The notes under the pieces were generated by a model. That model ran no database searches. It had not been told where the DNA came from and saw only the letters and a list, made by a program, of their open reading frames with translations. From Acidimicrobiales bacterium (GTDB lineage: Bacteria; Actinomycetota; Acidimicrobiia; Acidimicrobiales; RAAP-2): a stretch of DNA of 51,818 bases. The first letter of the stretch is position 1; every line of letters begins with the position of its first letter. Positions 19,432-28,627 of the stretch are shown piece by piece. The stretch covers positions 1-51,818 of the forward strand of contig JBMFXC010000007.1 of NCBI GenBank assembly GCA_049964655.1. Direction: 5' to 3'. The translations under genes were made by a program, and so were the position numbers.

Positions 19432-20523
19432 TCAAGCCCCTTCTGGCACCCGTGCACCCTCGAGCTCGGTCCCGGCCGGGACCACGACGTCGGCGCCGAT
19501 CACTGACACCCCGAGCACACTGCACCGTTGGCCGATGGTCGCCCCGGGGCCGACGATGGTCCGCTCGACGGTCGCTCGCTCCGCCACGCGGGCCCCAGGG
19601 AGCAGTACCGAGCCGCGCACGGTGGCACCGGCCTCGACGACGGCTCCGGCGCCGACGACCGATCCCTCGACCACGGCACCGGCCTCGACGACGGCTCCGG
19701 CGCCGAGCAGCGACGTCGACACCGAGGCGCCGGCGGCGTCGACGGCACCCGTGCGCCAGACCTCCCGACCCACAGCGGCGTCCTCGACCGCCCCGGGGGT
19801 CGGAGGGGATCCCCTTCGGCCTCGCAGGAGGTCGTCGTGGGCACGCAGGTACGCCTCGGGCGTGCCGGTGTCGAGCCAGTAGGTGTCCGATCCACTGGCA
19901 TAGAGGCTCCCGGCCTCGACGAGGGCAGGGAACGTCTCGCGCTCGATGGAGACCCGACGGCCGTCGGGGATCCGGTCGAGGACCTCGGCCTCGAGGACGT
20001 AGGTGCCGGCGTTGATCAGGTTGGTCGGTGCCTCGTCCCGGCGCGGCTTCTCGATGAAGGCCGTCACCCGTCCCGTGGAGTCGGTGGGGACGACGCCGAA
20101 GGCGGACGGGTCGGCCACCGGGGTGAGGGCGATGGTGGCGGCGCCACCCCGCTCCCGGTGGAACCGGACCAGGGCACCGAGGTCGAGGTCGGCGAGGACG
20201 TCGCCGTTCACGACGACGAAGGTGTCGTCCACGCCGGCGTGGAGGGCGGCGAACCGGACTGCGCCGGCCGTGTCGAGGGGTGTCGGCTCGACGGCGTAGG
20301 TGACCGACACGCCGGCGACCACTCCGTCGGGATAGGCGTCGATGAAGGCGTCCGGCCGGTAGCCGAGGGAGAGGACGGCGCGGTCCACGCCATGGAGGGC
20401 CAGCTGCCCGAGCACACGCTCGATCATCGGCTGCTCGACCACGGGGAGCATCTGCTTCGGGGTCGTGAGGGTGAGCGGCCTAAGGCGCGTCCCCTCGCCG
20501 CCCACGAGGACGACTGCCCTCAC
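19432..20523 (-). CDS. manC: Mannose-1-phosphate guanylyltransferase-type NDP-sugar pyrophosphorylase with a C-terminal left-handed beta-helix
   Basis: Signature VVLVGGEGTRLRPLTLTTPKQMLPV; C-terminal hexapeptide-like repeats (GAGAVVEAGAVVEGSVVGAGAVVEAGATV). GTG start overlaps the upstream TGA (GTGA at 20520-20523). Same gene order as M. tuberculosis Rv3264c. Confidence 0.88.
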   Translation of the reverse strand: MRAVVLVGGEGTRLRPLTLTTPKQMLPVVEQPMIERVLGQLALHGVDRAVLSLGYRPDAFIDAYPDGVVAGVSVTYAVEPTPLDTAGAVRFAALHAGVDDTFVVVNGDVLADLDLGALVRFHRERGGAATIALTPVADPSAFGVVPTDSTGRVTAFIEKPRRDEAPTNLINAGTYVLEAEVLDRIPDGRRVSIERETFPALVEAGSLYASGSDTYWLDTGTPEAYLRAHDDLLRGRRGSPPTPGAVEDAAVGREVWRTGAVDAAGASVSTSLLGAGAVVEAGAVVEGSVVGAGAVVEAGATVRGSVLLPGARVAERATVERTIVGPGATIGQRCSVLGVSVIGADVVVPAGTELEGARVPEGA

Positions 20524-21305
20524 TTCGCGGTTCCAGAAGGTGCCGTCGTGGTGGGGGTCTTGGAGGCGCTCGTGGGGGTCGGCACCGACGTCGAGGGCAC
20601 CGACGTCGAGGGCACCGACGTCGGCACCGAGGTCTGGGCTCCGGTCACCGCCTTGATCAGGTTGGTGATGACCGCCGCCGGCGGCTTGGGGACCGCCTTG
20701 GTGGCCGGAACGAAGGCGACCGTGATCATCTGGCCGTTGGAGAACCTGAGCGACCGCGGGTCACCGGGCGCTTCGGTGGACTTCTTGGCACTGAAGTTGG
20801 GCCACTCGTCGACGACGACGAAGCCTTGCCTGCCGGCGTCGGGTGTCTTGGCTGGGCACCGCTCCCCGTTGCTGAAGAGGCGGCCACCGGGGTAGCGCAC
20901 CGTCGTGGTGGTCAACTCGAGCTTCTTGTACTCCGACACGAACGTGCCCAGTGTGGCGTTCGCCCCCGACTCGCTGGCGTTCTTGGGCTGGATGGTCACG
21001 ATGCCCGAGCCGTCGGTGGTGAACCCGGCCGACGGGTTGGTGCTGGCCGGGAGGTTCGGCTCGACCTTGCCGCAGATGTCGACGGCGAGCGCCGCGTACC
21101 ACGTCTGCGACGTCGTCGGCGGGCCCGCCGACGAGGCGGTCTGGTGCGTTCGCTCGTAGCGGCTGTAGCCGATCAGGCCCAGGCCGACCACGCACAGCAG
21201 CACCAGGGCCGCGTACCAGTTGACCGGCATCTGACCGCGGTAGGTCTTGCCGCCACCGGTGGACGCTGCTCGCGCCACCCACTTCCCTGTCGAATTGCCG
21301 GGCAT
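20520..21305 (-). CDS. Membrane-anchored extracytoplasmic protein of unknown function (Thr/Ser/Pro-rich C-terminus)
   Basis: Start at ATG 21305-21303 (MPGNSTGKWVARAASTGGGKTYRGQMPVNWYAALVLLCVVGLGLIGY: basic tail plus one TM). Soluble domain with two Cys. C-terminal TSVPTSVPSTSVPSTSVPTPT. Confidence 0.7.
   Translation of the reverse strand: MPGNSTGKWVARAASTGGGKTYRGQMPVNWYAALVLLCVVGLGLIGYSRYERTHQTASSAGPPTTSQTWYAALAVDICGKVEPNLPASTNPSAGFTTDGSGIVTIQPKNASESGANATLGTFVSEYKKLELTTTTVRYPGGRLFSNGERCPAKTPDAGRQGFVVVDEWPNFSAKKSTEAPGDPRSLRFSNGQMITVAFVPATKAVPKPPAAVITNLIKAVTGAQTSVPTSVPSTSVPSTSVPTPTSASKTPTTTAPSGTAK
20581..20634. repeat. 15/12-bp tandem repeat, coding (TSVPS)
   Basis: GGCACCGACGTCGAG x2, then GGCACCGACGTC and GGCACCGAGGTC. 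Confidence 0.85.
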
Positions 21306-21327
21306 GATCGGGGGACACCCTAGCCCG

Positions 21328-22257
21328 TCACGGACGGTGCGGGGATCGGTGCCGTCCTCGGGACCCGGCCAGGTGGTGGACGACGGCCAAGGTGGCCCGC
21401 ACGGCGAGCCCGGTCGCCACCGCCGGCAGGGCGAGGCGGCGCCAGCCGGTGCTCGAACGGACGGCAAAGCGGAAGAGCGAGACGTGGTGGTGCACGAGCA
21501 TGGCGTAGGGGTGACGGGCGGTGGAGACTCCCTGGACGTGGACGGCCTCGGCGTCGGTCACGTAGCCGATCCGCCAACCTCGGCGCCCGAGCCGCCAGCA
21601 CAGGTCGACGTCCTCGGCGTACATGAAGTACGACTCGTCGAAGCCACCGACCTGTTCGAAGGCGCTGCGTCGAACCACGAAGCAGGCCCCGGACACCCAG
21701 TCCACGTCGTACGTGCCCGACTCGGCAAGATCGTCCATCCGGTAGGCACGGGTGAAGCGGTTGTCGGGAGCGAAGAGCCCGAGCAGCGCGTGCCCGGCGG
21801 CGTCGAGGAGCGACGGGAACCGGCGGGCCGACGGGTACCGCTCGCCGGTGGTAGCACGGACGAGGGGGCCGACCAGGCCGAGGCCGGGGTCACGGTCGAG
21901 GGCGTCGACCAACCGGACGAGCGCTTCGGGGGACACCTCCACGTCCGGATTGCACACGAGGACCACGTCGCCCCGGGTGACGGCGACACCCCGGTTGGCC
22001 CCCGCCCCGTAGCCCACGTTGCGCCCCGGGCGGACCACGGCGCCGACCAGCCCGGTGGCCTCGGCCTCGGCGAGCGATCCGTCGGACGAACCGTTGTCGA
22101 CCACCACCACCTCGTCGGCGCCGGCGACGACCAGGGCGACCACGCACCGGGCAAGGAGCGGCCCCGACTCGTAGTTGACGACGACCGCAGCAGGTCCACC
22201 GGGCCGTCGACCCGCCCGGCCGTTCTCCTCCACGCCCGTCGGCCGTTCGACGGTCAC
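21328..22257 (-). CDS. Glycosyltransferase family 2, WbbL-like rhamnosyltransferase
   Basis: ORF 21328..22689 trimmed to the GTG at 22257-22255, which overlaps the upstream TGA (GTGA). Motifs VVVNYESGPLL, VVVDNGSSDGS, RNVGYGAGAN and YAEDVDLCWR. Sits next to manC and rmlD as wbbL1 does in mycobacteria. Confidence 0.85.
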   Translation of the reverse strand: MTVERPTGVEENGRAGRRPGGPAAVVVNYESGPLLARCVVALVVAGADEVVVVDNGSSDGSLAEAEATGLVGAVVRPGRNVGYGAGANRGVAVTRGDVVLVCNPDVEVSPEALVRLVDALDRDPGLGLVGPLVRATTGERYPSARRFPSLLDAAGHALLGLFAPDNRFTRAYRMDDLAESGTYDVDWVSGACFVVRRSAFEQVGGFDESYFMYAEDVDLCWRLGRRGWRIGYVTDAEAVHVQGVSTARHPYAMLVHHHVSLFRFAVRSSTGWRRLALPAVATGLAVRATLAVVHHLAGSRGRHRSPHRP

Positions 22258-22991
22258 CGGTCGGCGAGCACGGCTGCCTCCGGAGGCGGGGGCGGTAGCG
22301 GGGCGACACGGTACTTGAGCAGCGCCCACAGTGCGCCGAACCCGTCGTGCCAGGTGATCTTCTTGCCCTCGGCGACCTCGCGTCCGGCGTACGAGATCGG
22401 CACTTCGTAGATGCGGTACCCACGCCGGAGCACCTTGGCCGTGAGCTCGGGCTCGATCTCGAAGCGGTCGGACTCGAGGGGGAGCCCGGCGAGGACCCGG
22501 CGGTCGAACACCTTCGAGCAGGTCTCCATGTCCGAGAGCGTGGAGGCGTAGAGGACGTTGGTGACGAGGACGAGGAACCGGTTGCCCATCCAGTGAAGCG
22601 GGAGCATGTTCTTGCGCTCGCCGGTGAACCGGCTTCCGTAGACGACCCGGGCCTTTCCCCGCAGGAGCGGGTCGAGCAGCTTGGGCCAATCGGCCGGGTC
22701 GTACTCGAGGTCGGCGTCCTGGATGAGGACGAGGTCGCCCCGGGCCGCCGCCAGCCCGGTGCGCACGGCTGCGCCCTTCCCCCGGTTGCGAGCGTGGGAA
22801 AGGACGCGCACGGTCGAGTCCTCGAGAGAGGCGAGCACCTGCCGGGTGCCGTCGGTCGACCCGTCGTCGACCACGACGATCTCCAGCTCGAGGGGCACGT
22901 CGACCTGGCGGATACGGCGCACCGCTTCGGCGACCGTGGCGCGCTCGTTGTAGACCGGCACGATCACGCTCAGGGTCTGGTACCCGCTCAC
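22254..22991 (-). CDS. Glycosyltransferase family 2, polyprenyl-phosphate sugar synthase type (Ppm1/DPM1/ArnC/GtrB-like)
   Basis: GTG at 22991-22989 with GGAG 5 nt upstream (alternative GTG at 23006). Motifs LSVIVPVYNERATV, VVVDDGSTDGT, NRGKGAA and IQDADLEYDP. About 245 aa with no membrane domain, as in polyprenol-P hexose/pentose synthases. Confidence 0.85.
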   Translation of the reverse strand: MSGYQTLSVIVPVYNERATVAEAVRRIRQVDVPLELEIVVVDDGSTDGTRQVLASLEDSTVRVLSHARNRGKGAAVRTGLAAARGDLVLIQDADLEYDPADWPKLLDPLLRGKARVVYGSRFTGERKNMLPLHWMGNRFLVLVTNVLYASTLSDMETCSKVFDRRVLAGLPLESDRFEIEPELTAKVLRRGYRIYEVPISYAGREVAEGKKITWHDGFGALWALLKYRVAPLPPPPPEAAVLADR

Positions 22992-23016
22992 GCCAGCTCC
23001 GTCCACACCAGCACCT

Positions 23017-23066
23017 CCGGCTTGCTCACTGCCCGCTCCCGGCTTGCTCACTGCCCGCTCCCGGCT
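23017..23066. repeat. 22-bp tandem duplication (2.3 copies; minus-strand unit CCGGGAGCGGGCAGTGAGCAAG) spanning the uxs stop codon
   Basis: Full units at 23064-23043 and 23042-23021 (minus-strand order), with a partial third unit. The uxs TGA (23028-23026) lies inside the second unit. Confidence 0.92.
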
Positions 23067-24018
23067 CGGGGTCGCTGCCCAGCCGCTGCTCGGCAACCAG
23101 TGCCTCGGCGGTTCGGGCGAGCCCGACGGCGAGCGGCGTGGTCGGCTCCCATCCGAGGAGCTGGCGGGCCAGTGAGATGTCGGGGCGCCGGCGTGCCGGG
23201 TCGTCGGTCGGCAGCGGACGGTGCACGATGGTCGAGGTGGAACCGGTCAGCTCGATGATCGTGCGCGCCAGCTCGAGGACGGTGTGCTCGTCGGGATTGC
23301 CGAGGTTGACCGGACCGGTGACCGAGGCGTCGAGCATGGCCACCAGTCCCCCGACCTCGTCGTCGACGTAGCAGAGGCTCCGGGTCTGGCTCCCGTCCCC
23401 GTAGACGGTGAGCGGATCTCCCCGGAGCGCCTGAGCCAGGAAGTTCGACACGACCCGACCGTCGTCGGTGCGGAGACGGGGGCCGTAGGTGTTGAAGATG
23501 CGCACGACGCCGACGTCCGTCCCCCGGGCCCGGTGGTGGGCGAAGGTGAGCGCCTCGGCGAACCGCTTGGCCTCGTCGTAGACGCTCCGAGGGCCGACCG
23601 GGTTGACGTTGCCCCAGTAGGACTCCGGCTGGGGGTGCACGGCCGGATCTCCGTACACCTCGCTCGTCGACGCCAGTAGGAAGCGGGCGCGGTGGCGCTC
23701 GGCCAGCTCGAGGGCGAGGCGAGTCCCTTCGCTCCCGACCGCCAGCGTGGCGAGCGGGCGGGCCAGGTAGTCGGGGGGGGAAGCCGGGCTGGCCAGGTGG
23801 CAGACCGCGTCGAGGGGGCCGTCCACGGGGACCGAGGTCGACACGTCGGCCTCGACGAGGGTGAAGGCGGAGTTCCCGACCAGGTGGGCGACGTTGGCGC
23901 GGCGCCCGGTGGAGAAGTCGTCCACGCAGACGACCTCGTCCCCTCGGGCCACGAGCCGGTCGCACAGGTGGGAGCCGAGGAAACCGGCGCCCCCGAGGAC
24001 GGCGACACGACCGGTCAC
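23026..24018 (-). CDS. uxs: UDP-glucuronate decarboxylase (UDP-xylose synthase / ArnA-decarboxylase-like extended SDR)
   Basis: ORF trimmed to the GTG at 24018-24016, which overlaps the ugd TGA (GTGA). Motifs [39 protein letters not shown] and YDEAKRFAE (YxxxK). 330 aa. Confidence 0.88.
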   Translation of the reverse strand: MTGRVAVLGGAGFLGSHLCDRLVARGDEVVCVDDFSTGRRANVAHLVGNSAFTLVEADVSTSVPVDGPLDAVCHLASPASPPDYLARPLATLAVGSEGTRLALELAERHRARFLLASTSEVYGDPAVHPQPESYWGNVNPVGPRSVYDEAKRFAEALTFAHHRARGTDVGVVRIFNTYGPRLRTDDGRVVSNFLAQALRGDPLTVYGDGSQTRSLCYVDDEVGGLVAMLDASVTGPVNLGNPDEHTVLELARTIIELTGSTSTIVHRPLPTDDPARRRPDISLARQLLGWEPTTPLAVGLARTAEALVAEQRLGSDPEPGAGSEQAGSGQ

Positions 24019-25433
24019 CTCCGTCCGATCCCCTCGTAGGCGAAGCCGAGCCGCCGGAGCTGGGCGGGATCGAGCAGGTTGCGGGCGTCGACCACCACCG
24101 GCCGGGCGAGCTGGAGCGCCACCCGGCGGAAGTCGACCAGGCGGAACTCGTCCCACTCGGTGAGCACGACGAGCACGTCAGCCCCTGTGCAGGCGTCGTA
24201 CGGGTCGCCATGCGCGGTGACGGCACCGATCACCGGGTCGCCACGCACCCCCGTCAGCCCGTCGAGACGGGCCGGGCCTGCTCCTGCCGGGACGGGCACC
24301 GTCGGGTCGTAGGCGCGAACGGTCGCGCCCTTCCCTGCCACGCGACGCACGACCTCGACGGCAGGAGACGACCGCAGGTCGTCGGTGCCGGCCTTGAAGG
24401 TGAGACCCCAGACGGCAACGACTCGGCCGGCGAGCTCGGCCCCGGCGGCCGTGGGGTCGTCCGCCGCGTCGCTCCGATGTCCTCGCTGGATGGGTGGACC
24501 CTCGGTCGACTGTCGGGTGGCAGCGGCGACCTTCGCCACCACCCGGTCGAACTGCTCGTCGTTGATGGCGATGACCCCACGGAGGAAGGCGAAGTCGTAC
24601 CCGGCGTCCTCGGCGATCCGCACCAGGGCCTGGGTGTCCTTGGGCAGACAGCTCCCCCCCCAACCGGGCCCGGGCCGCAGGTACTCGAAGCCGATCCGCC
24701 GGTCGTAACCGAGGCCGAGGATGACGTCGCGCACGTCGGCACCGACGGCCTCGCACAGGCTGGCCACCGCGTTGACGAAGCTCAGCTTGGTGGCCAAGAA
24801 GGCGTTGGCCGCGTACTTGATCGTCTCGGCGGTGGTGGCGTCCGTGATGAGGACCGGGGCGCGCGTGCCAGCGAACAGCTCGCCGACCCGGGCGGCGGCC
24901 GACTGGTCGGCGGCACCCACCACGACGCGCTCGGGGTGGAGGCTGTCGGAGACCGCCGAGCCCTCGCGCAGGAACTCGGGGTTCGAGACGACCGAGACGT
25001 CGTGACGGCCGAGCACCCGCTCGACGACCAGGGTCGAGCCCACCGGCACGGTGGACTTGTTCACCACCACCGAGCCCGGCTCGAGGTGGGGGCCGATGGC
25101 CGCCGCCGCCGCCTCCACGTAGGACAGGTCCGCCGAGCCGTCCTCGCCCTGAGGGGTGGGCACGCACAGGAAGACGAACTCGCACCCGGCGACGGCCCCG
25201 GCGACGTCGGCGACGAAGCGCAGACGACCGGCGTCGAGGCCTTCACGGACCAGCTCCTCGAGGTGGTCCTCGACGATGGGCACCGACCCGGCAGCGAGCT
25301 GGGCGATCCGGTCCTCGTCCACGTCGGCGCAGGTCACCTGGTGGCCGAGGTGGGCGAGGACAGCGGCGGTGGGCAGACCGACGTAGCCGACGCCGAGCAC
25401 GGCGACCGCGCGCGCTCGCCCGTGGGGGAGCAC
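24015..25433 (-). CDS. ugd: UDP-glucose 6-dehydrogenase
   Basis: Motifs [17 protein letters not shown], catalytic GGSCLPKD, and [16 protein letters not shown]. The start is uncertain: in-frame GTGs at 25433, 25469 and 25622, and the frame stays open upstream. Confidence 0.88.
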   Translation of the reverse strand: MLPHGRARAVAVLGVGYVGLPTAAVLAHLGHQVTCADVDEDRIAQLAAGSVPIVEDHLEELVREGLDAGRLRFVADVAGAVAGCEFVFLCVPTPQGEDGSADLSYVEAAAAAIGPHLEPGSVVVNKSTVPVGSTLVVERVLGRHDVSVVSNPEFLREGSAVSDSLHPERVVVGAADQSAAARVGELFAGTRAPVLITDATTAETIKYAANAFLATKLSFVNAVASLCEAVGADVRDVILGLGYDRRIGFEYLRPGPGWGGSCLPKDTQALVRIAEDAGYDFAFLRGVIAINDEQFDRVVAKVAAATRQSTEGPPIQRGHRSDAADDPTAAGAELAGRVVAVWGLTFKAGTDDLRSSPAVEVVRRVAGKGATVRAYDPTVPVPAGAGPARLDGLTGVRGDPVIGAVTAHGDPYDACTGADVLVVLTEWDEFRLVDFRRVALQLARPVVVDARNLLDPAQLRRLGFAYEGIGRR

Positions 25434-25674
25434 CCGGACGCCATGCCCTCCGTGCCCGAAGGTCGGCACCTCGGGGACCTGGGACGCGGGCCCGTGCTCG
25501 CCCCGCGGCGGCAACGCCGCGGCGAGCGGGGGCACCGAGCTCGCCGCACCGGGCGTCGAGGTGATGCGGACGGAGCCGGACGAGCCGGCCGGGCGCGCCG
25601 ACGACGGGTCGCCGGGCGTCACGGCGCCGTCCTCACGGCTCGGGTGACGGCTGGGGCTCGGGTGGCGGCTGGGG

Positions 25675-26613
25675 TCACGGTCCGACCACGGCGTCGACGA
25701 GACGGGCCAGCGAGTCCGTCCATTCGGGGAGCAGCGGGAGCCCGGCCAGGCGGAGCCCCAGGTTGTCGAGCCGGGAGTTGGCCGGGCGCGGCGCCGGGCG
25801 CGGCGGATCGAGCTCTGCCGTCGCGATGGGCTCGACGCGCCCGGGGTCGTCGCCCGCTGCCTCGAGCACCGCTCGGACGAACCCGAACCACGTCGTCTCC
25901 CCCCTGTTGGTGACGTGGAACGTCCCCGGCCGCCGTTCGACGCCGAGGCGGACGAGGACAGGGGCCAGGTCGGCCGTGAACGTCGGAGTGCCTTGCTGGT
26001 CGTCCACGAAGTGCAGCGTGGCCGTGGCGTCGGCGCCGGCCAGACGAAGCGCCGTTTTGACCATGTTCGCCCCGTGGGCACCGCTCACCCACGCCGTGCG
26101 GACGACGGTGGCGTCGCCTCCGAGCACGGCGAGCACCTCCCGCTCACCCCCGAGCTTGCTACGGCCGTAGACCGACCGAGGGGCGGGGTCGTCCCACTCG
26201 ACGTAGGGACGCTCCAGCTCGCCGTCGAAGACGTAGTCCGTCGAGACGTAGACGACGTGGGCGCCCACCCGCCGGGCCGCCTCGGCGACGTAGCGGGTGC
26301 CGAGGGCGTTGACCGCGTAGGCGGTGCCCGGGTCGGACTCGCAGGCGTCCACGGCCGTGTAGGCGCCGCCGTGGAGGACGACCTCGGGACGGAACGACTC
26401 GATCGCAGCGAGGACGCCGTCGCGGTCGCGCAGGTCGAGCGTGTCGACGTCGGTGGCCAGCGTCTCGAAGCCTCCCGCCGGTCGGGGCACCGTCAGGCCT
26501 GTCGCGTCCGCCGGGGCACCACCATCAGGAACGGCGCCGGCCAGCACGGCTTGGACGTCCCGTCCCAGCTGTCCGTCCCCGCCGGTGACGAAGACCCGGA
26601 GCGGCGTGGTCAC
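25675..26613 (-). CDS. rmlD: dTDP-4-dehydrorhamnose reductase
   Basis: GTG at 26613-26611 overlaps the rmlB TGA (GTGA). Motifs VFVTGGDGQLG, VVLHGGAYTAVDACE, STDYVFDG and YGRSKLGGE. Confidence 0.9.
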   Translation of the reverse strand: MTTPLRVFVTGGDGQLGRDVQAVLAGAVPDGGAPADATGLTVPRPAGGFETLATDVDTLDLRDRDGVLAAIESFRPEVVLHGGAYTAVDACESDPGTAYAVNALGTRYVAEAARRVGAHVVYVSTDYVFDGELERPYVEWDDPAPRSVYGRSKLGGEREVLAVLGGDATVVRTAWVSGAHGANMVKTALRLAGADATATLHFVDDQQGTPTFTADLAPVLVRLGVERRPGTFHVTNRGETTWFGFVRAVLEAAGDDPGRVEPIATAELDPPRPAPRPANSRLDNLGLRLAGLPLLPEWTDSLARLVDAVVGP

Positions 26614-27635
26614 GGCCGAGCCGGTGGCTGGCTCCCGCCGGTCCATGCCCCCTCGACTACCGGTGCCCGGTCCCGGAGCGGCTCCCACCAACTGCGGTGG
26701 TCGGCGTACCACGCCACCGTGTCGGCGAGCCCGTCCTCGAAGCCGATCGTCGGCTCCCATCCCAAGGCGGTGCGGATCTTGGTGGAGTCGAGGAGGTAGC
26801 GACGGTCGTGGCCCGGGCGGTCCGGGACGATCTCCTTCAACGTCGACGGCCGGCCGGTGGCAGCCAGGACGGCGTCGGCGATCTGCTCGATGCTGGCTTC
26901 CACCCCGCTTCCCACGTTGTAGGTCTCGCCTACCACGCCGCGCTCGAGCACCGCTTCGATGGCCCGGCAGTGGTCGTCCACGTGGAGCCACTCGCGTCGG
27001 TTCTGCGTCGAGGCGTACAGCGGCAGCGGCTGGTCGTCGAGTGCCCGGGCGGTGAACAGCGGGATCACCTTCTCGGGGAACTGGTAGGGCCCGTAGTTGT
27101 TGCAGCAGTTGGTGATGGTGGCGGGCAGCTCGAAGGTCTCGACGTAGGCCCGCACGGCATGGTCGGCGCCGGCCTTGGAGGCGTTGTAGGGCGTCCGCGG
27201 ACGGTAGGGAGTCTCCTCGGTGAAGCAATCGTCGGAGTCGAGCGGGAGATCTCCGTAGACCTCGCAGGTGGAGATGTGGTGGAACCGGGAGACGCCGTGC
27301 CGACGAGCCGCTTCGGCCAGGGTCTGGGTGCCCAGGACGTTGGTGCGGAAGAACCGGCCCGGGTCGAGGATGGCCAGCGAGTTGTGCGACTCCGCGGCAA
27401 AGTTGACGATGACGTCGATATCGTGGGCTGCGAGCACGCCAGCCATGGCGTCGAGGTCGCCGATGTCGGCCTCAACGAAGGAGATCCGGTCCTCCACGTC
27501 GGCCAGGTTCGGCCGGTTCCCCGCGTAGGTGAGGACGTCGAGCGCGACGACACGGTCGTCGGGGTGCCGGCCGACCCAGTAGCGCACGAAGTTCGAGCCG
27601 ATGAACCCGGCCCCGCCGGTGACGAGCAGTCGCAT
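26610..27635 (-). CDS. rmlB: dTDP-glucose 4,6-dehydratase
   Basis: Motifs MRLLVTGGAGFIGSNFV, LDVLTYAGN, ISTCEVYG and YNASKAGADH. 341 aa. First gene of the minus-strand operon. Confidence 0.95.
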   Translation of the reverse strand: MRLLVTGGAGFIGSNFVRYWVGRHPDDRVVALDVLTYAGNRPNLADVEDRISFVEADIGDLDAMAGVLAAHDIDVIVNFAAESHNSLAILDPGRFFRTNVLGTQTLAEAARRHGVSRFHHISTCEVYGDLPLDSDDCFTEETPYRPRTPYNASKAGADHAVRAYVETFELPATITNCCNNYGPYQFPEKVIPLFTARALDDQPLPLYASTQNRREWLHVDDHCRAIEAVLERGVVGETYNVGSGVEASIEQIADAVLAATGRPSTLKEIVPDRPGHDRRYLLDSTKIRTALGWEPTIGFEDGLADTVAWYADHRSWWEPLRDRAPVVEGAWTGGSQPPARP

Positions 27636-27741
27636 AAGTGGGTCAGCATAATCCGCCCGCTACGCCCCGGCTCCGGGGCACAGGGGTCAGGACCAGGCCG
27701 GACAAGGCGCTGCCGGGCGTCGGGCACCCGGGGGCAACGGG

Positions 27742-28509
27742 TCATCCGGTGGTGCGGAGGTGGGTCACGTCACCCGCCGAGACGACCTGGCGTCCGGTGG
27801 TGGTCTCCACGACGAGCCGACCGTCGGCGGTGAGGTCGACGGCCGTTCCCCAGATGTGCTCGTCGGCCAGGTCCACCCGGACCCGGGCACCCAACGTGGT
27901 GCACGCCGAGCGCAGCTCGGCGGCGAGCCGACGCCGGCCCGCCGGCTCGTCGAGCGCGGCGGCGCGGGGCTCGAGGGCGGCGAGCAGGCCGTCGAGCAGT
28001 TCTCCTCGTGGTACGACCCGCCCGGCCAGGGCGACGAGCGAGGTGGCACGTCCAGCCAGGTCGGCAAGGGCCGGCTCGGCGAGGTCGGCGTCGTCGGTCG
28101 GCCAGGTGACGTTGACCCCGATGCCGACGACCACGGCGTCGCCCTCGGCCTCGGCCAACACCCCGGCGACCTTGCGCCCGTCGGACGCGAGCAGGTCGTT
28201 GGGCCACTTGACCCCGAGCACAACCCCGCCCACCTCGGCAGCGGCCTCCGCCGCCGCCAAGGCGACGCACGCTGTGGTCAAGTACCGCTCGGAGAGAGGG
28301 AGGTGGGGGCGGACGAGGACGGAGGCCAGCAGGCAGGCGCCCGGTGGCGCCTCCCACCGCCGACCGAGCCGGCCGCGGCCGGCCGACTGGTGGTCGGCGA
28401 CGACGACAACGCCGTCGGGGGCACCGCGACGGGCCTCATCGAGCAGGTAGCGGTTGGTCGAGTCGAGCTCATCGAAGCGACGCACGTCGGCGAAGCGAGA
28501 GGCCGGCAT
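27742..28509 (-). CDS. birA: Biotin-[acetyl-CoA-carboxylase] ligase, group I (no N-terminal HTH)
   Basis: ORF trimmed to the ATG at 28509-28507. Motifs STNRYLLD, QSAGRGRLGRRWEAPPG (GRGRxGRxW) and KWPNDLL. 255 aa. Confidence 0.9.
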   Translation of the reverse strand: MPASRFADVRRFDELDSTNRYLLDEARRGAPDGVVVVADHQSAGRGRLGRRWEAPPGACLLASVLVRPHLPLSERYLTTACVALAAAEAAAEVGGVVLGVKWPNDLLASDGRKVAGVLAEAEGDAVVVGIGVNVTWPTDDADLAEPALADLAGRATSLVALAGRVVPRGELLDGLLAALEPRAAALDEPAGRRRLAAELRSACTTLGARVRVDLADEHIWGTAVDLTADGRLVVETTTGRQVVSAGDVTHLRTTG

Positions 28510-28627
28510 GGCGGAGACCCTACGGCTCGTGCCACTCTGGTAGCCATACCCCACCTGCCGGCGGCCACCGCCGCCGGTCGACGCGGTCACGACACCCCGG
28601 CCGCGCTCACGAACGGAAAGGTGCAGC

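Noticed and set aside
25434-25674. Possible small gene or regulatory RNA in the 240-bp gap between rmlD and ugd
   Set aside because: The ugd frame remains open through the gap and contains alternative in-frame GTGs (25469, 25622). The gap is therefore more simply a low-complexity N-terminal extension, or an ordinary spacer with an 18-bp x2 repeat. No independent ORF or structure stands out.
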